Assembly (NCBI GenBank): GCA_043228905.1
Contig: JBHGNT010000009.1
Coordinates: 248,001 to 312,000 of the forward strand
Source of the DNA: Azolla caroliniana
Lineage: Eukaryota; Plantae; Polypodiophyta
Direction of reading: 5' to 3'
DNA: 64,000 bases
Shown here: piece by piece, positions 13,346-25,699 of the stretch
Layout of the letters: the number at the start of each line of letters is the position of its first letter
How positions within the stretch are numbered: position 1 is the stretch's first letter
Made by a program: the position numbers and the translations under genes
Notes under the pieces: model-generated
Seen by the model: the letters and a program-made list of their open reading frames with translations, nothing else
Told to the model about the DNA's origin: nothing
Database searches by the model: none

Positions 13346-16300
13346 ATGGAAGGCGGCAGCAGCGGGCAGCCGGGGATGATGGTGCTGAATGCGCAGAACT
13401 ACGCCGACTGGAAGATCAAGATGGAGGATCTTCTGATTGTTCGGGACCTGTACGAACCGATTGACAGGACGGAAATACCGAAGGGGGTACTTGAGTCGGA
13501 ATGGAGGCTTCTGAACCGGAAAGCCGTTGCTACCATTCGGCAATACGTCGATGTAAGTGTTCTGCAACATGTGGCGAACGACACCAACGCATACGAGATG
13601 TGGCGGAAGCTGTCGGGCCTCTATGAGAGGAAGAATGCGTTGAACCGGACCTCCCTGATGAGGAAGATAGTGAACCTCAAGTACCGGGACGGCGAGAGTA
13701 TGGTGGAACACGTAAGCACGTTCATGGGATTCGTGAACCAGCTTGCGGCGATCAAGTTCCCGCTGGAGGATGCAATGCAAGCCATCATTCTGATGTGTAC
13801 ATTGCCGGAAAGTTGGGAGAACTTGGTGGTGACTCTCAGCACCTCCTGCACCGAAGATAACTTGTCTTTACAAACGGTAAAGACAAGTATTTTGAACGAA
13901 GAAGCGCGTCGGAGAGATAAAGAACCGGCCTCCGACTCGAAGGCGCTGCTTACCGAATCGGAACGGGGAAGACAATGGAACCGGAGTCCGCAAAGACGGG
14001 AGAAGTCGGGGACCCGGTCGCAGTCAAGAGGAAGACCCACATGCTTCCACTGTGGGAAGCCGGGGCACTTCCGGAAGAATTGTCGGCATTACCGAAAGGA
14101 CAACGGAGCCGACGACACCGATTCGAAGAAGTCACCGGAGAGAAACGGTGCATACCGGGGAGCCACGGACCGGAGAGGTTCGGATCGGCGAGGGCAGGAC
14201 CGGAAAGGAACGACGGCACTCGCGGCAAGTGAAGAGGAGATCATGCTCATTACCGAAGAGAGGGAGCTGAACCTTGCCGGAGAAGAGATGACCTGGGTGG
14301 TCGATTCCGGAGCGTCGTTCCACCTGACCCCGGAGAAGAAATACTTCTCATCCTACACAGCCGGTGAGCATGGTTGTGTCCGGATGGGAAATGAAGATAC
14401 ATGCCGGATTGCCGGCATAGGAGACGTGTGGCTAACAACCTCGACCGGATGCAAAATGCTGCTGAAGGATGTGCGACACGTTCCGGAGGTTCGATTGAAC
14501 CTGATTTCGGCCGGGAGGCTAGATGATGAAGGCTACACAGGTAGCATCCGGAACGGCGTAATGAAGTTCAGCAAGGGGAGTCTGATAGTGGCTCGGGCCC
14601 GGAAAGTTAACACGTTGTACCTGATGAATGCCCGGTTATGTCCGGAAGAGCTGAACGTTGCAGCCGACACTGCCGGTGAGCTGTGGCACAAGAGATTGTG
14701 CCACATGAGCGAGAAGGGGATGAAGAGGCTTGCCGAAGACAACCTGATACCGGTAAAGCATGTACACTTGGGGAAGTGTACCGACTGTCTGGCCGGTAAG
14801 CAAAACCGGACCTCCTTCCACTCAAGGCCACCGATGAGACGTAGTGCACCATTGGAGTTGGTGCACACTGACGTGTGTCAGGTAGAAACGAAGTCACATG
14901 GCGGAGCCCAGTACTTCGTAACATTCATTGATGATCACAGCCGGAAGCTGTGGACGGCGCCGTTGAAGACAAAGGACCAAGTATTGTCCGTCTTCAAAGA
15001 ACTCCACGCGAGAGTGGAAAGAGAATCCGGCAAGAATCTGAAAGCAATACGAGCGGATAACGGAGGGGAATACCGGGGGCAGTTCCAGGAGTACTGTCGC
15101 TCGAAGGGAATCCGACTCGAGTTTACTGTGCCGAAGACGCCGGAACTAAACGGGCTGGCCGAGAGGATGAACCGGACCATAATGGAGAGGGTCCGGAGTA
15201 TGCTGGCGCATGCGAAATTACCCAAGGGGTTTTGGGCTGAGGCAATGTCGACGGCGACATACGTGATAAACAGATCACCCTCAGTACCTTTGGACGGAGA
15301 CACGCCGCAGAAAGTGTGGACCGGTAAGGAAGTGTCCTACCGGCATCTGAAGGTGTTCGGGTGTCTCGCATATGTGCATGTGGCAAAGGACCGGAGAGGA
15401 AAGCTAGATCCAAAGACCCGGCCATGCATATTCCTCGGTCACGGCGACGATGAGTTCGGCTACCGAGTATGGGACCCGGCCGACAAGAAGATATTCAGGA
15501 GTCGAGACATCATCTTCATGGAGGACAAGACACTCGCCGACTGGGAGTTGGAGAAGAAGATGAAGAGCTCCAAGTCGACCGGTGAGGATGAACTCTACGA
15601 GGAGCAGTCCCGACCGGCAAGGGACCGGTTAACACTCGAGGACCCGGCCGAAGACTATGAAGAAACAGAACCGGCCGAAGAAGATGAAAATGATACCGGA
15701 ACCGGCCCCGATCCCGAAATGGATTCGGATGAAGAAGAATCGGAAGAACCGGTTACCGAAGCTCCGGAAAGGAGATATCCTCTAAGAGAGAGAAGGGCCC
15801 CCCGGAGATTTCCGGAACCAGAGCACGTGCTGCTAACCGACGAGGGGGAGCCGGAGAGCTTTGAAGAAGCGAAGCATGACACCCATAGCCGCAGGTGGTT
15901 AAGCGCCATGCAGGACGAGATGGATTCCCTGCATGAGAACCACACATATGAACTTGTGGAGTTGCCGAAAGGAAAACGGGCACTCCGTAACAAGTGGGTG
16001 TTCAAGCTGAAACCGGGAGATGCCGGAAACCCCCCGAGATACAAAGCCAGGATCGTGGTGAAGGGGTTTCAGCAGAAGAAGGGCGTCGACTTCGACGAGA
16101 TATTTGCCCCGGTAGTGAAGATGACCTCCATCCGGACGGTGCTGAGCATAGCGGCAAGCATGGACCTCGAGGTAGAACAGATGGACGTGAAGACGGCATT
16201 CCTTCACGGTGACCTCAAGGAAGAGATCTACATGCAGCAACCGGAAGGATTCGAGAAGAAAGGGAAGGAGCACCTGGTATGCCGGTTGAAGAAGAGCCTT

Positions 16301-17418
16301 TACGGACTGAAGCAGGCTCCCCGGCAGTGGTACCGGAAGTTCGACTCCTTCATGACCGACGAAGGGTACCACAAGACGCAGTCCGATCACTGCGTGTTTG
16401 TGAAGAAGTTCGACGGAGGAGACTCTCTAATACTCCTCCTATACGTGGACGACATGTTGATCGTCGGACGGGACCAGGTCAAGATACGGATGCTGAAGAA
16501 GGCTCTTCACCGAACCTTCTCAATGAAGGACCTGGGTCCGGCGAGGCAAATACTAGGGATGCACATCATCCGGGACCGGAAGAAGAAGCAGTGTGGCTAT
16601 CACAGGAGAAGTACGTGACAAAGGTGCTTCAACGGTTCAACATGTCGGAAGCAAGACCAGTCGGGTCGACTCTCCCGGCAAACTGCAAGCTGTCCAGCAA
16701 GCAAAGTCCCAAGACAAAGGCTGAGAAGAAGGACATGATGAAAGTACCATAAGCCTCTGCCGTCGGGAGCTTGATGTACGCAATGGTGTGTACAAGACCG
16801 GACATAGGATATGCAGTCGGAGTGGTGAGCCGGTACATGAGCAATCCCGGCAAAGAGCACTGGAACGCGGTCAAGTGGATACTCCGATACCTAAAGGGTA
16901 CGGCAAACGTGTGCCTCCGATTCGGCTCCGGTAAGCCCGAACTCGACGGCTTTACCGATTCGGACATGTCGGCTGATGCAGATACCAGCCGGTCCACATC
17001 AGGGTATGTGATGACGTATGCAGGGGGAGCTGTTTCGTGGCAGTCGAGGCTGCAGAAGACGGTTGCGTTGTCAACCACGGAGGCGGAGTACATGGCGGCT
17101 GTTGAAGCCGGCAAGGAAATAATATGGATGAAGGACTTCATTAGAGAGCTTGGTATCCGGCAGGAGGAGTACCGACTCTATTGCGACAGTCAGAGTGCCA
17201 TCCACCTTGCGAAGAATGCGGCCTATCACTCCCGGACGAAGCACATCCAGCGAAGATATCACTGGATCCGGGAAAGGATAGAAGACCAGGAGTTCGTGCT
17301 GACGAAGATCCACACGGACGAGAACGGGTCAGACATGCTGACCAAAGTGCTCACACCCGACAAGCTGGAAGCGTGCCGGAAGAGGGTCGGACTGGAGAGA
17401 CATCCCATGCCGAAGTGA
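13346..17418 (+). pseudogene. Copia B gag-pol (gag, Zn knuckle, protease, integrase, RT, RNase H), disabled
   Basis: Motifs CFHCGKPGHFRKNC, VVDSGAS, WHKRLCH, ADNGGEY, QMDVKTAFLHG, LYVDDML and FTDSD. Relative to copy A it has a 1-nt deletion at about 16591 and TAT>TAA at 16750-16752. Confidence 0.93.
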
Positions 17419-17916
17419 AGGGGGAGTTTGTTGGGATTTTCGGTCCCTCCGGATGGGATGTCCGGAGATGAATGACGGCAAGCCCGGTTGCGGTTACGGA
17501 GCCGGATGAAGAAGACCCCGGCTACGGAGCCGGATGATGAAGACCCCGGCTACGGAGCCGGATGAAGAAGACCCCGGCTACGGAGCCGGATGATGAAGAC
17601 CCCGGCTACGGAGCCGGATGATGAAGACCCCGGCTACGGAGCCGGATGAAGAAGACCCCGGCTACGGAGCCGGATGATGAAGACCCCGGCTACGGAGCCG
17701 GATGATGAAGACCCCGGCTACGAAGCCGGATGAAGAATGTACCCGGAAAGAAATCCGGATGCGGGGACATATTTATGAATATGTTTGCCAAGGGTCCTTG
17801 AGGCCATATTTGTAAATAGCCCGAAAGTCATATGTGTATAAATATGACTTAGGGCAAACAGTTTTTGTTGCTACTCATTTTTCTGTTTTTCCACTCAGAG
17901 AGAGTGAAGAGAGCAG

Positions 17917-17947
<31 letters not shown>

Positions 17948-18479
17948 GAAGAGGTCGTTGCCTCTGTGTATTACCGCCGCCTGTGGCGAAGACAGTGAGC
18001 TCAAGGTTGTTGCCTTGAAGCTTCACCATTGTACATCTCTGTTCATAGTGATAGTTGGAGTTTGAGGACTCCCGTGGTTTTTCCCGTACAGGGTTTTCCA
18101 CGTTAATCCCTGTGTCATCGTGTCTTTCTCTGTGTTTCCTATTTTCTGCTGCATTGATTCGCGATTTCTCGGTTGTGGCCGAGTGGCGAAGGAGAATCGG
18201 AGCGTTGATTCGCAACACTCTGTGTAATACCGCCGCCTGTGGCGAGGATAGCGAGCTCAAGGTCGTCGCCTTGCAGCTCGCCATTGTATATTTCTCTGTG
18301 CATAGTCTTGGTCTGGAGTCTTGCACTCCCGTGGTTTTTCCCGTATAGGGTTTTCCACGTTAACCCCTGTGTTATCGTGTCTTTCTCTGTGTTTCCTATT
18401 TTCTGCTGCATTGATTCGTGATTTCTCGGTTGTGGCCGACGACGGTGAAGGCGAATCGGAGCGTTGATTCTCAACAAAT

Positions 18480-18491
18480 TGGTATCAGAGC
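18480..18491 (+). other. Primer-binding site (tRNA-iMet) of copia A
   Basis: TGGTATCAGAGC after the LTR end at 18476. Confidence 0.95.
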
Positions 18492-18507
18492 GACGGCAGT
18501 GCAGAAA

Positions 18508-21500
18508 ATGGAAGGCGACAGCAGCGGGCAGCCGGGGATGATGGTGCTGAATGCGCAGAATTACGCCGACTGGAAGATCAAGATGGAGGATCTTTTGATT
18601 GTTCGGGACCTGTACGAACCGATTGACAGGTCGGAAATACCGAAGGGGGTACTTGAGACGGAATGGAGGCTTCTGAACCGGAAAGCCGTTGCAACCATTC
18701 GGCAATACGTCGATGTGAGCGTTCTACAACATGTGGCGAATGACACAAACGCATACGAGATGTGGCGGAAGCTGTCGGGCCTCTACGAGAGGAAGAATGC
18801 GTTGAACCGGACCTCCCTGATGAGGAAGATTGTGAACCTCAAGTACCGGGACGGCGAGAGTATGGTGGAACACGTAAGCACGTTCATGGGATTCGTGAAC
18901 CAGCTTGCGGCGATCAAGTTCCCGTTGGAGGATGCAATGCAAGCCATCATACTGATGTGTACATTGCCGGAAAGCTGGGAGAACTTGGTGGTGACTCTCA
19001 GCACCTCCTGCACCGAAGATAACTTGTCTCTACAAACGGTAAAGACAAGTATTCTAAATGAAGAAGCGCGTCGGAGAGATAAAGAACCGGCCACCGACTC
19101 GAAGGCGCTGCTTACCGAATCGGAACGGGGAAGACAATGGTACCGGAGTCCGCAAAGACGGGAGAAGTCGGGGACCCGGTCGCAGTCAAGAGGAAGACCC
19201 ACATGCTTCCACTGTGGGAAGCCGGGGCACTTCCGGAAGAATTGTCGGCATTACCGAAAGGACAACGGAGCCGACGACACCGATTCGAAGAAGTCACCGG
19301 AGAGAAACGGTGCATACCGGGGAGCCACGGACCGGAGAGGTCTGGATCGGCGAGGGCAGGACCGGAAAGGAACGACAGCACTCGCGGCAAGTGAAGAAGA
19401 GATAATGCTCATTACCGAAGAGACAGAGCTGAACCTTGCCGGTGAAGAGATGACCTGGGTGGTCGATTCCGGAGCGTCGTTCCACCTGACCCCGGAGAAG
19501 ATATACTTCTCATCCTACACAGCCGGTGAGCACGGCTGTGTCCGGATGGGAAATGAAGGTACGTGCCGGATTGCCGGCATAGGAGACGTGTGGCTGATGA
19601 CATCAACCGGATGCAAGATGCTGCTGAAGGATGTTCGACACGTTCCGGAGGTTCGATTGAACCTGATTTCGGCCGGGAGGCTAGACGATGAAGGCTACAC
19701 GGGTAGCATCCGGAACGGTGTCATGAAGTTCAGCAAAGGGAGCCTGATAGTGGCTCGGGCCCGGAAGATCAACACACTGTACCTTATGAATACCCGGTTG
19801 TGTCCGGAAGAGTTGAACGTGGCAGCCGACACTGCCGGTGAGCTGTGGCACAAGAGACTGTGCCACATGAGCGAGAAGGGGATGAAGAGGCTTGCCGAAG
19901 ACAACCTGATACCGGTAAAGCATGTACACTTGGGGAAGTGTACCGACTGTCTGGCCGGTAAGCAAAACCGGACCTCCTTCCACTCAAGGCCACCGACGAG
20001 ACGTAGCGCACCATTGGAGTTGGTGCACACTGACGTGTGTCAGGTAGAAACGAAGTCACATGGCGGAGCCCACTACTTCGTAACATTCATAGATGACCAT
20101 ATCCGGAAGCTGTGGACGGCACCATTGAAGACAAAGGACCAAGTATTGTCCGTCTTCAAAGAACTCCACGCGAGAGTGGAAAGGGAATCCGGCAAGAAGC
20201 TGAAAGCAATACGAGCGGATAACGGAGGAGAATACCGAGGGCAATTTGAGGAGTATTGCCGTTCGATGGGAATCCGGCTCGAGTTCACTGTGCCGAAGAC
20301 GCCGGAACTGAACGGGCTGGCCGAGAGGATGAACCGGACCATAATGGAGAGGGTCCGGAGTATGCTGGCACATGCGAAATTACCCAAGGGGTTTTGGGCT
20401 GAGGCAATGTCGACGGCGACATACGTGATAAATAGATCACCCTCAGTACCTTTGGACGGAGACACGCCGCAGAGAGTGTGGACCGGTAGGGAAGTATCCT
20501 ACCGGCATCTGAAGGTGTTCGGGTGTCTCGCATATGTGCATGTGGCAAAGGACCGGAGAGGAAAGCTAGATCCAAAGACCCGGCCATGCATATTCCTCGG
20601 TTACGGCGATGACGAGTTCGGCTATCGAGTATGGGACCCGGTCGACAAAAAGATATTCCGGAGTCGTGATATCATCTTCATGGAGGACAAGACACTCGCC
20701 GACTGGGAGTCGGAGAAGAAGATGAAGAGCTCCAAGTCGACCGGTGAGGATCAACTCCACGAGGAGCAGTCCCGACCGGCAAGGGACCGGTTAGCACTCG
20801 AGGATCCGGCCGAAGACGGTGAAGAAACAGAACCGGCCGAGGAAGATGAAACTGATACCGGAACCGGCCCCGATCCCGGAATGGATTCGGATGAAGAGGA
20901 AACGGAGGAGCCGGTTACCGAAGTTCCTGAACGGAGATATCCTCTAAGAGAGAGAAGGGCCCCCCGGAGATTTCCGGAACCAGAGCACGTGCTGCTAACC
21001 GACGAGGGGGAGCCGGAGAGCTTTGAAGAAGCAAAGCTCGACACCCATAGCCGCAGGTGGTTAAGTGCCATGCAGGAGGAGATGGATTCCCTGCATGAGA
21101 ACCACACATATGAACTTGTGGAGTTGCCGAAAGGAAAACGGGCACTTCGAAACAAGTGGGTGTTCAAGCTGAAACCGGGAGATGCCGAAAACCCCCCAAG
21201 ATACAAAGCCAGGATCGTGGTGAAGGGGTTCCAGCAGAAGAAGGGCGTCGACTTCGACGAGATATTTGCCCCGGTAGTGAAGATGACCTCCATCCGGACG
21301 GTGCTGAGCATAGCGACAAGCATGGACCTCGAGGTAGAACAGATGGACGTGAAGACGGCATTCCTTCACGGTGACCTCGAAGAAGAGATCTACATGCAGC
21401 AACCGGAAGGATTCGAGAAGAAAGGAAAGGAGCACCTGGTATGCCAGTTGAAGAAGAGCCTTTACGGATTGAAGCAGGCTCCCCGGCAGTGGTACCGGAA

Positions 21501-22581
21501 GTTCGACTCCTTCATGACCGACGAAGGGTACCACAAAACGCAGTCCGATCACTGCGTGTTTGTGAAGAAGTTCAAAGGAGGAGACCTTCTAATACTCCTC
21601 CTGTACGTGGACGACATGTTGATCGTCGGACGGGACCAGGTCAAGATACGGATGCTGAAGAAGGCTCTTCACCGAACCTTCTCAATGAAGGACTTGGGTC
21701 CGGTGAGGCAAATACTAGGGATGCACATCATCCGGGACCGGAAGAAGAAGCAGTTGTGGCTGTCACAGGAGAAGTACGTGACAAAGGTGCTTCAACGGTT
21801 CAACATGTCGGAAGCAAGACCGGTCGGATCGACCCTCCCGGCAAACTGCAAGTTGTCCAGCAAGCAAAGCCCTAAGACAAAGGCTGAGAAGGAGGACATG
21901 ATGAAAGTACCATATGCCTCTGCCGTCGGAAGCTTGATGTACGCAATGGTGTGTACAAGACCGGATATAGGATATGCAGTCGGAGTGGTGAGCCGGTACA
22001 TGAGCAATCCCGGCAAAGAGCACTGGAACGCGGCCAAGTGGATACTCCGATACCTGAAGGGCACGGCAAACGTGTGCCTTCGATTCGGCTCCGGTAAGCC
22101 CGAACTCGACGGCTTTACCGATTCGGATATGTCGGCTGACGCAGATACCAGCCGGTCCACATCAGGGTATGTGATGACGTATGCAGGGGGAGCTGTTTCG
22201 TGGCAGTCGAGGCTGCAGAAGACGGTTGTGTTGTCAACCACGGAGGCGGAGTACATGGCGGCTGTTGAAGCCGGCAAGGAAATAATATGGATGAAGGACT
22301 TCATTAGAGAGCTTGGTATCCGGCAGGAGGAGTACCGACTCTAATGCGACAGTCAGAGTGCCATCCACCTTGCGAAGAACGCGGCCTATCACTCCCGGAC
22401 GAAGCACATCCAGCGTAGATATCACTGGATCCGGGAAAGGATAGAAGACCAGGAGTTCGTGCTGACGAAGATCCACACGGACGAGAACGGGTCGGATATG
22501 CTAACCAAGGTGCTCACACCCGACAAGCTGGAGGCATGCCAGAAGAGGATCGGATTGGAGAGACATCCCATGCCGAAGTGA
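18508..22581 (+). pseudogene. Copia A gag-pol, open except one premature stop in RNase H
   Basis: ATG at 18508 and the same domain motifs as B. TAA at 22342-22344 where B has TAT. The frame continues (CDSQSAI...RTKHI) to TGA at 22579-22581. Confidence 0.93.
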
Positions 22582-22591
22582 AGGGGGAGTT

Positions 22592-23207
22592 TGTTGGGAT
22601 ATCGGTCCCTCCGGATGGGATGACCGGAGATGAATGACGGCAAACCCGGTTACGGAACCGGATGATGAAGACCCGGTTACGGAACCGGATGATGAAGACC
22701 CCGGTTACGGAGCCGGATGACGAATGTACCCGGAGAGAGATCCGGATGCGGGGACATATCTGTGAATATGTTTGTCAAGAGCCCTTGAGGCTATATTTGT
22801 AAATAGCCCGAAAGTCATATGTGTATAAATATGACTTAGGGCAAACAGTTTATGTTGCTACTCATTTTTTTCTGTTTTTCCACTCAAGAGGAGTGAAGAG
22901 AGAGCAGCCGTGAGAGAGATAGAGCGTGAGAGAGGAAGAGGTCGACGCCTCTGTGTAATACCGCCGCCTGTGGCGAGGATAGCGAGCTCAAGGTCGTCGC
23001 CTTGCAGCTCGCCATTGTATATTTCTCTGTGCATAGTCTTGGTTTGGAGTCTTGCACTCCCGTGGTTTTTCCCGTATAGGGTTTTCCACGTTAACCCCTG
23101 TGTTATCGTGTCTTTCTCTGTGTTTCCTATTTTCTGCTGCATTGATTCGTGATTTCTCGGTTGTGGCCGAGGACGGTGAAGGCGAATCGGAGCGTTGATT
23201 CTCAACA
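22592..23207 (+). repeat. 3' LTR of copia A (616 bp; one 27-bp unit fewer than the reconstituted 643-bp 5' LTR)
   Basis: Direct comparison with 12138-12526 plus 18223-18476. Confidence 0.95.
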
Positions 23208-24117
23208 ATTTGTGTCCGGGAAGACCATGATCTTAGGCATGACATTCAAACTTCTGCCTTGGTTTGTTGCTTCTGCATTGGGTGTCGTTCAACTCAAGCT
23301 TTGTATTAAGGTCTTAACATGACTTATTCTTCTTCGCTTCCCTGTTTTGTAAGCTTTAACGAGAACTTTCTCTTGTGGGCTTGGTGTCACCTTAGGCCGT
23401 TCCTTGGGGCTTAAGAAAGAACTAGGGGAATGCTTGTCTGTGGGGGGGAGCTCTTGTAGTAGATCAAATCGATTGGGGCTCATAGGTGATGGAGGATTTT
23501 GTGCCGGTGAAGTTTTTCGAAGGACATGGGTTTTTTCCACCACTCGCCATTCCATCACAGCCTTGTCCGGTCGTGGTGGGGGAGGCTTCTGATGTCCTAT
23601 GGTGTCTTGACCTTCTAGAGTCTCCTTTGTAGGATCATTAATACCTCTTGTGGGGCAGTTATTTTTTTAAATATGACCAAGTTTTTTGCATGCAAAACAT
23701 TGCCCCGGTGCACCAATCACTTCTATGCGTTGTTCAATCCGCATTCCGTTTTTCCTGGGAATGAGGATCTTGGAGGGAAGTTTATTGATGTCCTACACCA
23801 AAGGAGTTGCCAATAGTAGGAAGTAACATGTTGTATTCTAAGGATAATCCAAGAAACAACATTGTTACCTTTTTCATGGAATCATCCTGTTGCGCGGCTT
23901 TCTTTGGGTTAAAACCATGTGTCCATTTACGCATGAACAACCATGTGTTTCGGACCTGGCAGGGAGATAGTGCTATGAGGTTCGTTGCAGAATCCGTGTC
24001 TTCTAGTATGATTTGATAGAAGCCTTTACCAAGCGGTTGGACTTCTTTTATACCACGTAGTTGTGAATGAAATTTAGCTTGCAACATATCTCGCAACAAC
24101 CCTCTGTTTGGTCGTGA

Positions 24118-24231
24118 CCCACTTCTCGAATTGGGGGGGGCGAACCCATTTCTCCAACTAGGGGCCCACTTCTTGAACTAGAGGGGGAGGGCACTTCTCG
24201 AATTGGAGGGGGGGACCCACTTCTCCAATTG
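24118..24231 (-). repeat. Short degenerate tandem monomers at the L1 5' end
   Basis: Five copies of CCCACTTCTC(G/C)AA(T/C)T(G/A)G-like units with G-rich spacers (+ strand), just inside the TSD. Confidence 0.7.
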
Positions 24232-24759
24232 ACTGGCGCGCTGCTCCTCCACTGCTGCTCCTGGTAAATATGCTAGTTAATTCATCTCCTTTTAATTATG
24301 TAAAAATATATGGTCAATTCACCACAATTTTTTCTCTCCTTTTTAAGGTTAACCAAGACCATTTCTAGAATTATTGGAAATTAGGGGCATTTGTGAGTAT
24401 ACATAAAAACTTTGGGTATTTCAAAGTTTTTCTATATAAATTAACGGTGATTATGAGAGAATGCACTTTCCTCTATCATTATAATCCTAAAATTAATGTA
24501 TCTAAACCTTGTCCATATATTCTTTGATATGCAAGTAGCTTGTGTGAAGCAACATCTTTGATAAAGATGGAATACATTTAGATAGTTGATGAAACTCAAG
24601 GAGTTTAATATGAGGATATCAACAAATTTGGAACCTAGCAACTTGCACAACTCTACAAACTCCATATACAAATTTGAAACTCCATAAGAGAGATTTGACT
24701 ATTGTTGTTCATTTAGTGTTTAGTGGGTCAATGGACTTGGCCTTAGAACTTTAACCTCT

Positions 24760-25670
24760 TTGGTATAGACACCGAGACGGATCTGACATCCAATAGATTT
24801 CTCCTGGGAATAGTCAGAGCATGGGATGTAATCAAGATTTTCCTACACAAATAAATGCCTGAAATGTGAGATGGTTGGATGAATCAGCCTCTTCTGGTTA
24901 ATTCTCTCATCCGGGATTCTGTTGGAAATGTATTGGGCCTTAGAACTCCTCTTGCCTAGGGAAAACTTGATAATAGGCCAACAACATCAGTGAGATCCTG
25001 CATATTGAAAGGAGATGTGGCCACCATTCTTAGACAATGTTGTTATTGCAGTGACATGTAGGAAACTAACAAGCATGCTCTCTAGTCCTGCTCACTAGCC
25101 CATCAGGTATGGAATAAAGTTCTTTCTTTATTCCTGAAAATTAATGCAGGTTGCCTCTTCTCTTGGGGATCAACGGTATGGGGGGTTCTCCATTCATGTC
25201 TCTTGCTATATGAGGTAGATGATGCTCTAGGGCTATGACAGTCATCAATGGACATCTAATTTCTGTCTCCCCCTTTCAACAACCTCGCAAACAAGTGTGT
25301 GCATGTGTGGAATCAATGGTTACATTATGGATATTATGGAAGTATCGTTGTAAAAGACGATATGATTCCATAACTCATCTTCTCTCAGATATATTTTCAG
25401 AACTATGTCGGGCTCTTCGGAGTGTGTGGGCAATATGACACTATGTCGGGCTCTTTGGAGGTTGTTCTTAAGAAAAGGAAAAAATATTGCAATTATGGCG
25501 GAAGTTGCCTCTATTCACGGTTTCATCTCAAGGACCGATCTGGAAATACCATCACCCCTAGTTCTTGTCCTGACCATCTCTTTCGTACATAGCAGTTTCT
25601 GATTGTACATTTTGTAGCCTTTTGGCGCTTCTCTTAATACTAATGAAGGAAATCTTTAGGGGGGGAAACC
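24760..25670 (+). mobile_element. Degenerate, internally deleted L1 3' fragment
   Basis: Encodes TLWILWKYRCKRRYDS, like the LWILWKQRCRQVFS of the 7.4-kb L1. Ends near ACTAATGAAGG at about 25640. Confidence 0.6.
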
Positions 25671-25699
25671 CTGGGTTTTCTTGGAGAGGTTGATGATGT

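Larger units (their letters stand above)
12527..18217 (+). mobile_element. Ty1/copia LTR retrotransposon B (inner, same family as A), inserted in the 5' LTR of A
   Basis: TSD CTCTG at 12522-12526 and 18218-18222. LTRs 12527-13314 (first about 7 nt missing) and 17429-18217. PBS TGGTATCAGAGC 13318-13329, PPT GAAGGGGGAG about 17417-17426. Confidence 0.95.
12138..23207 (+). mobile_element. Ty1/copia LTR retrotransposon A (outer), inserted in L1 ORF1
   Basis: TG...CA termini. 5-bp TSD ATTTG at 12133-12137 and 23208-23212. 5' LTR split into 12138-12526 plus 18223-18476; 3' LTR 22592-23207. PBS 18480-18491, PPT about 22580-22590. Confidence 0.96.
7221..24263 (-). mobile_element. L1-clade LINE (about 6 kb without the insert), degenerate, interrupted by nested copia elements
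   Basis: 15-bp TSD GTAAATATGCTAGTT at 7206-7220 and 24264-24278, and a poly(T) (= poly-A tail) at about 7223-7233. ORF2 fragments: APE endonuclease (LQEHH, NVYAPN, SRIDRIYV), RT (WRPITLLNTIYK, LDFEKAYDRV, EFAND), zf-RVT. ORF1 has the knuckle CFACKKLGH at about 23670-23702. Confidence 0.92.

Noticed and set aside
17429-18476. Tandem two-element array sharing a central LTR
   Set aside because: The CTCTG duplication and the precise split of A's 5' LTR show a nested insertion, not a shared-LTR tandem.
22342-22344. Programmed stop-codon readthrough in copia A RNase H
   Set aside because: Sister copy B has TAT at this codon, so it is a simple nonsense mutation.
12956-23245. Numerous antisense and alternate-frame ORFs (60-264 aa) over the copia elements
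   Set aside because: Shadow ORFs of GC-rich, stop-poor gag-pol and LTR sequence, with no recognisable domains.
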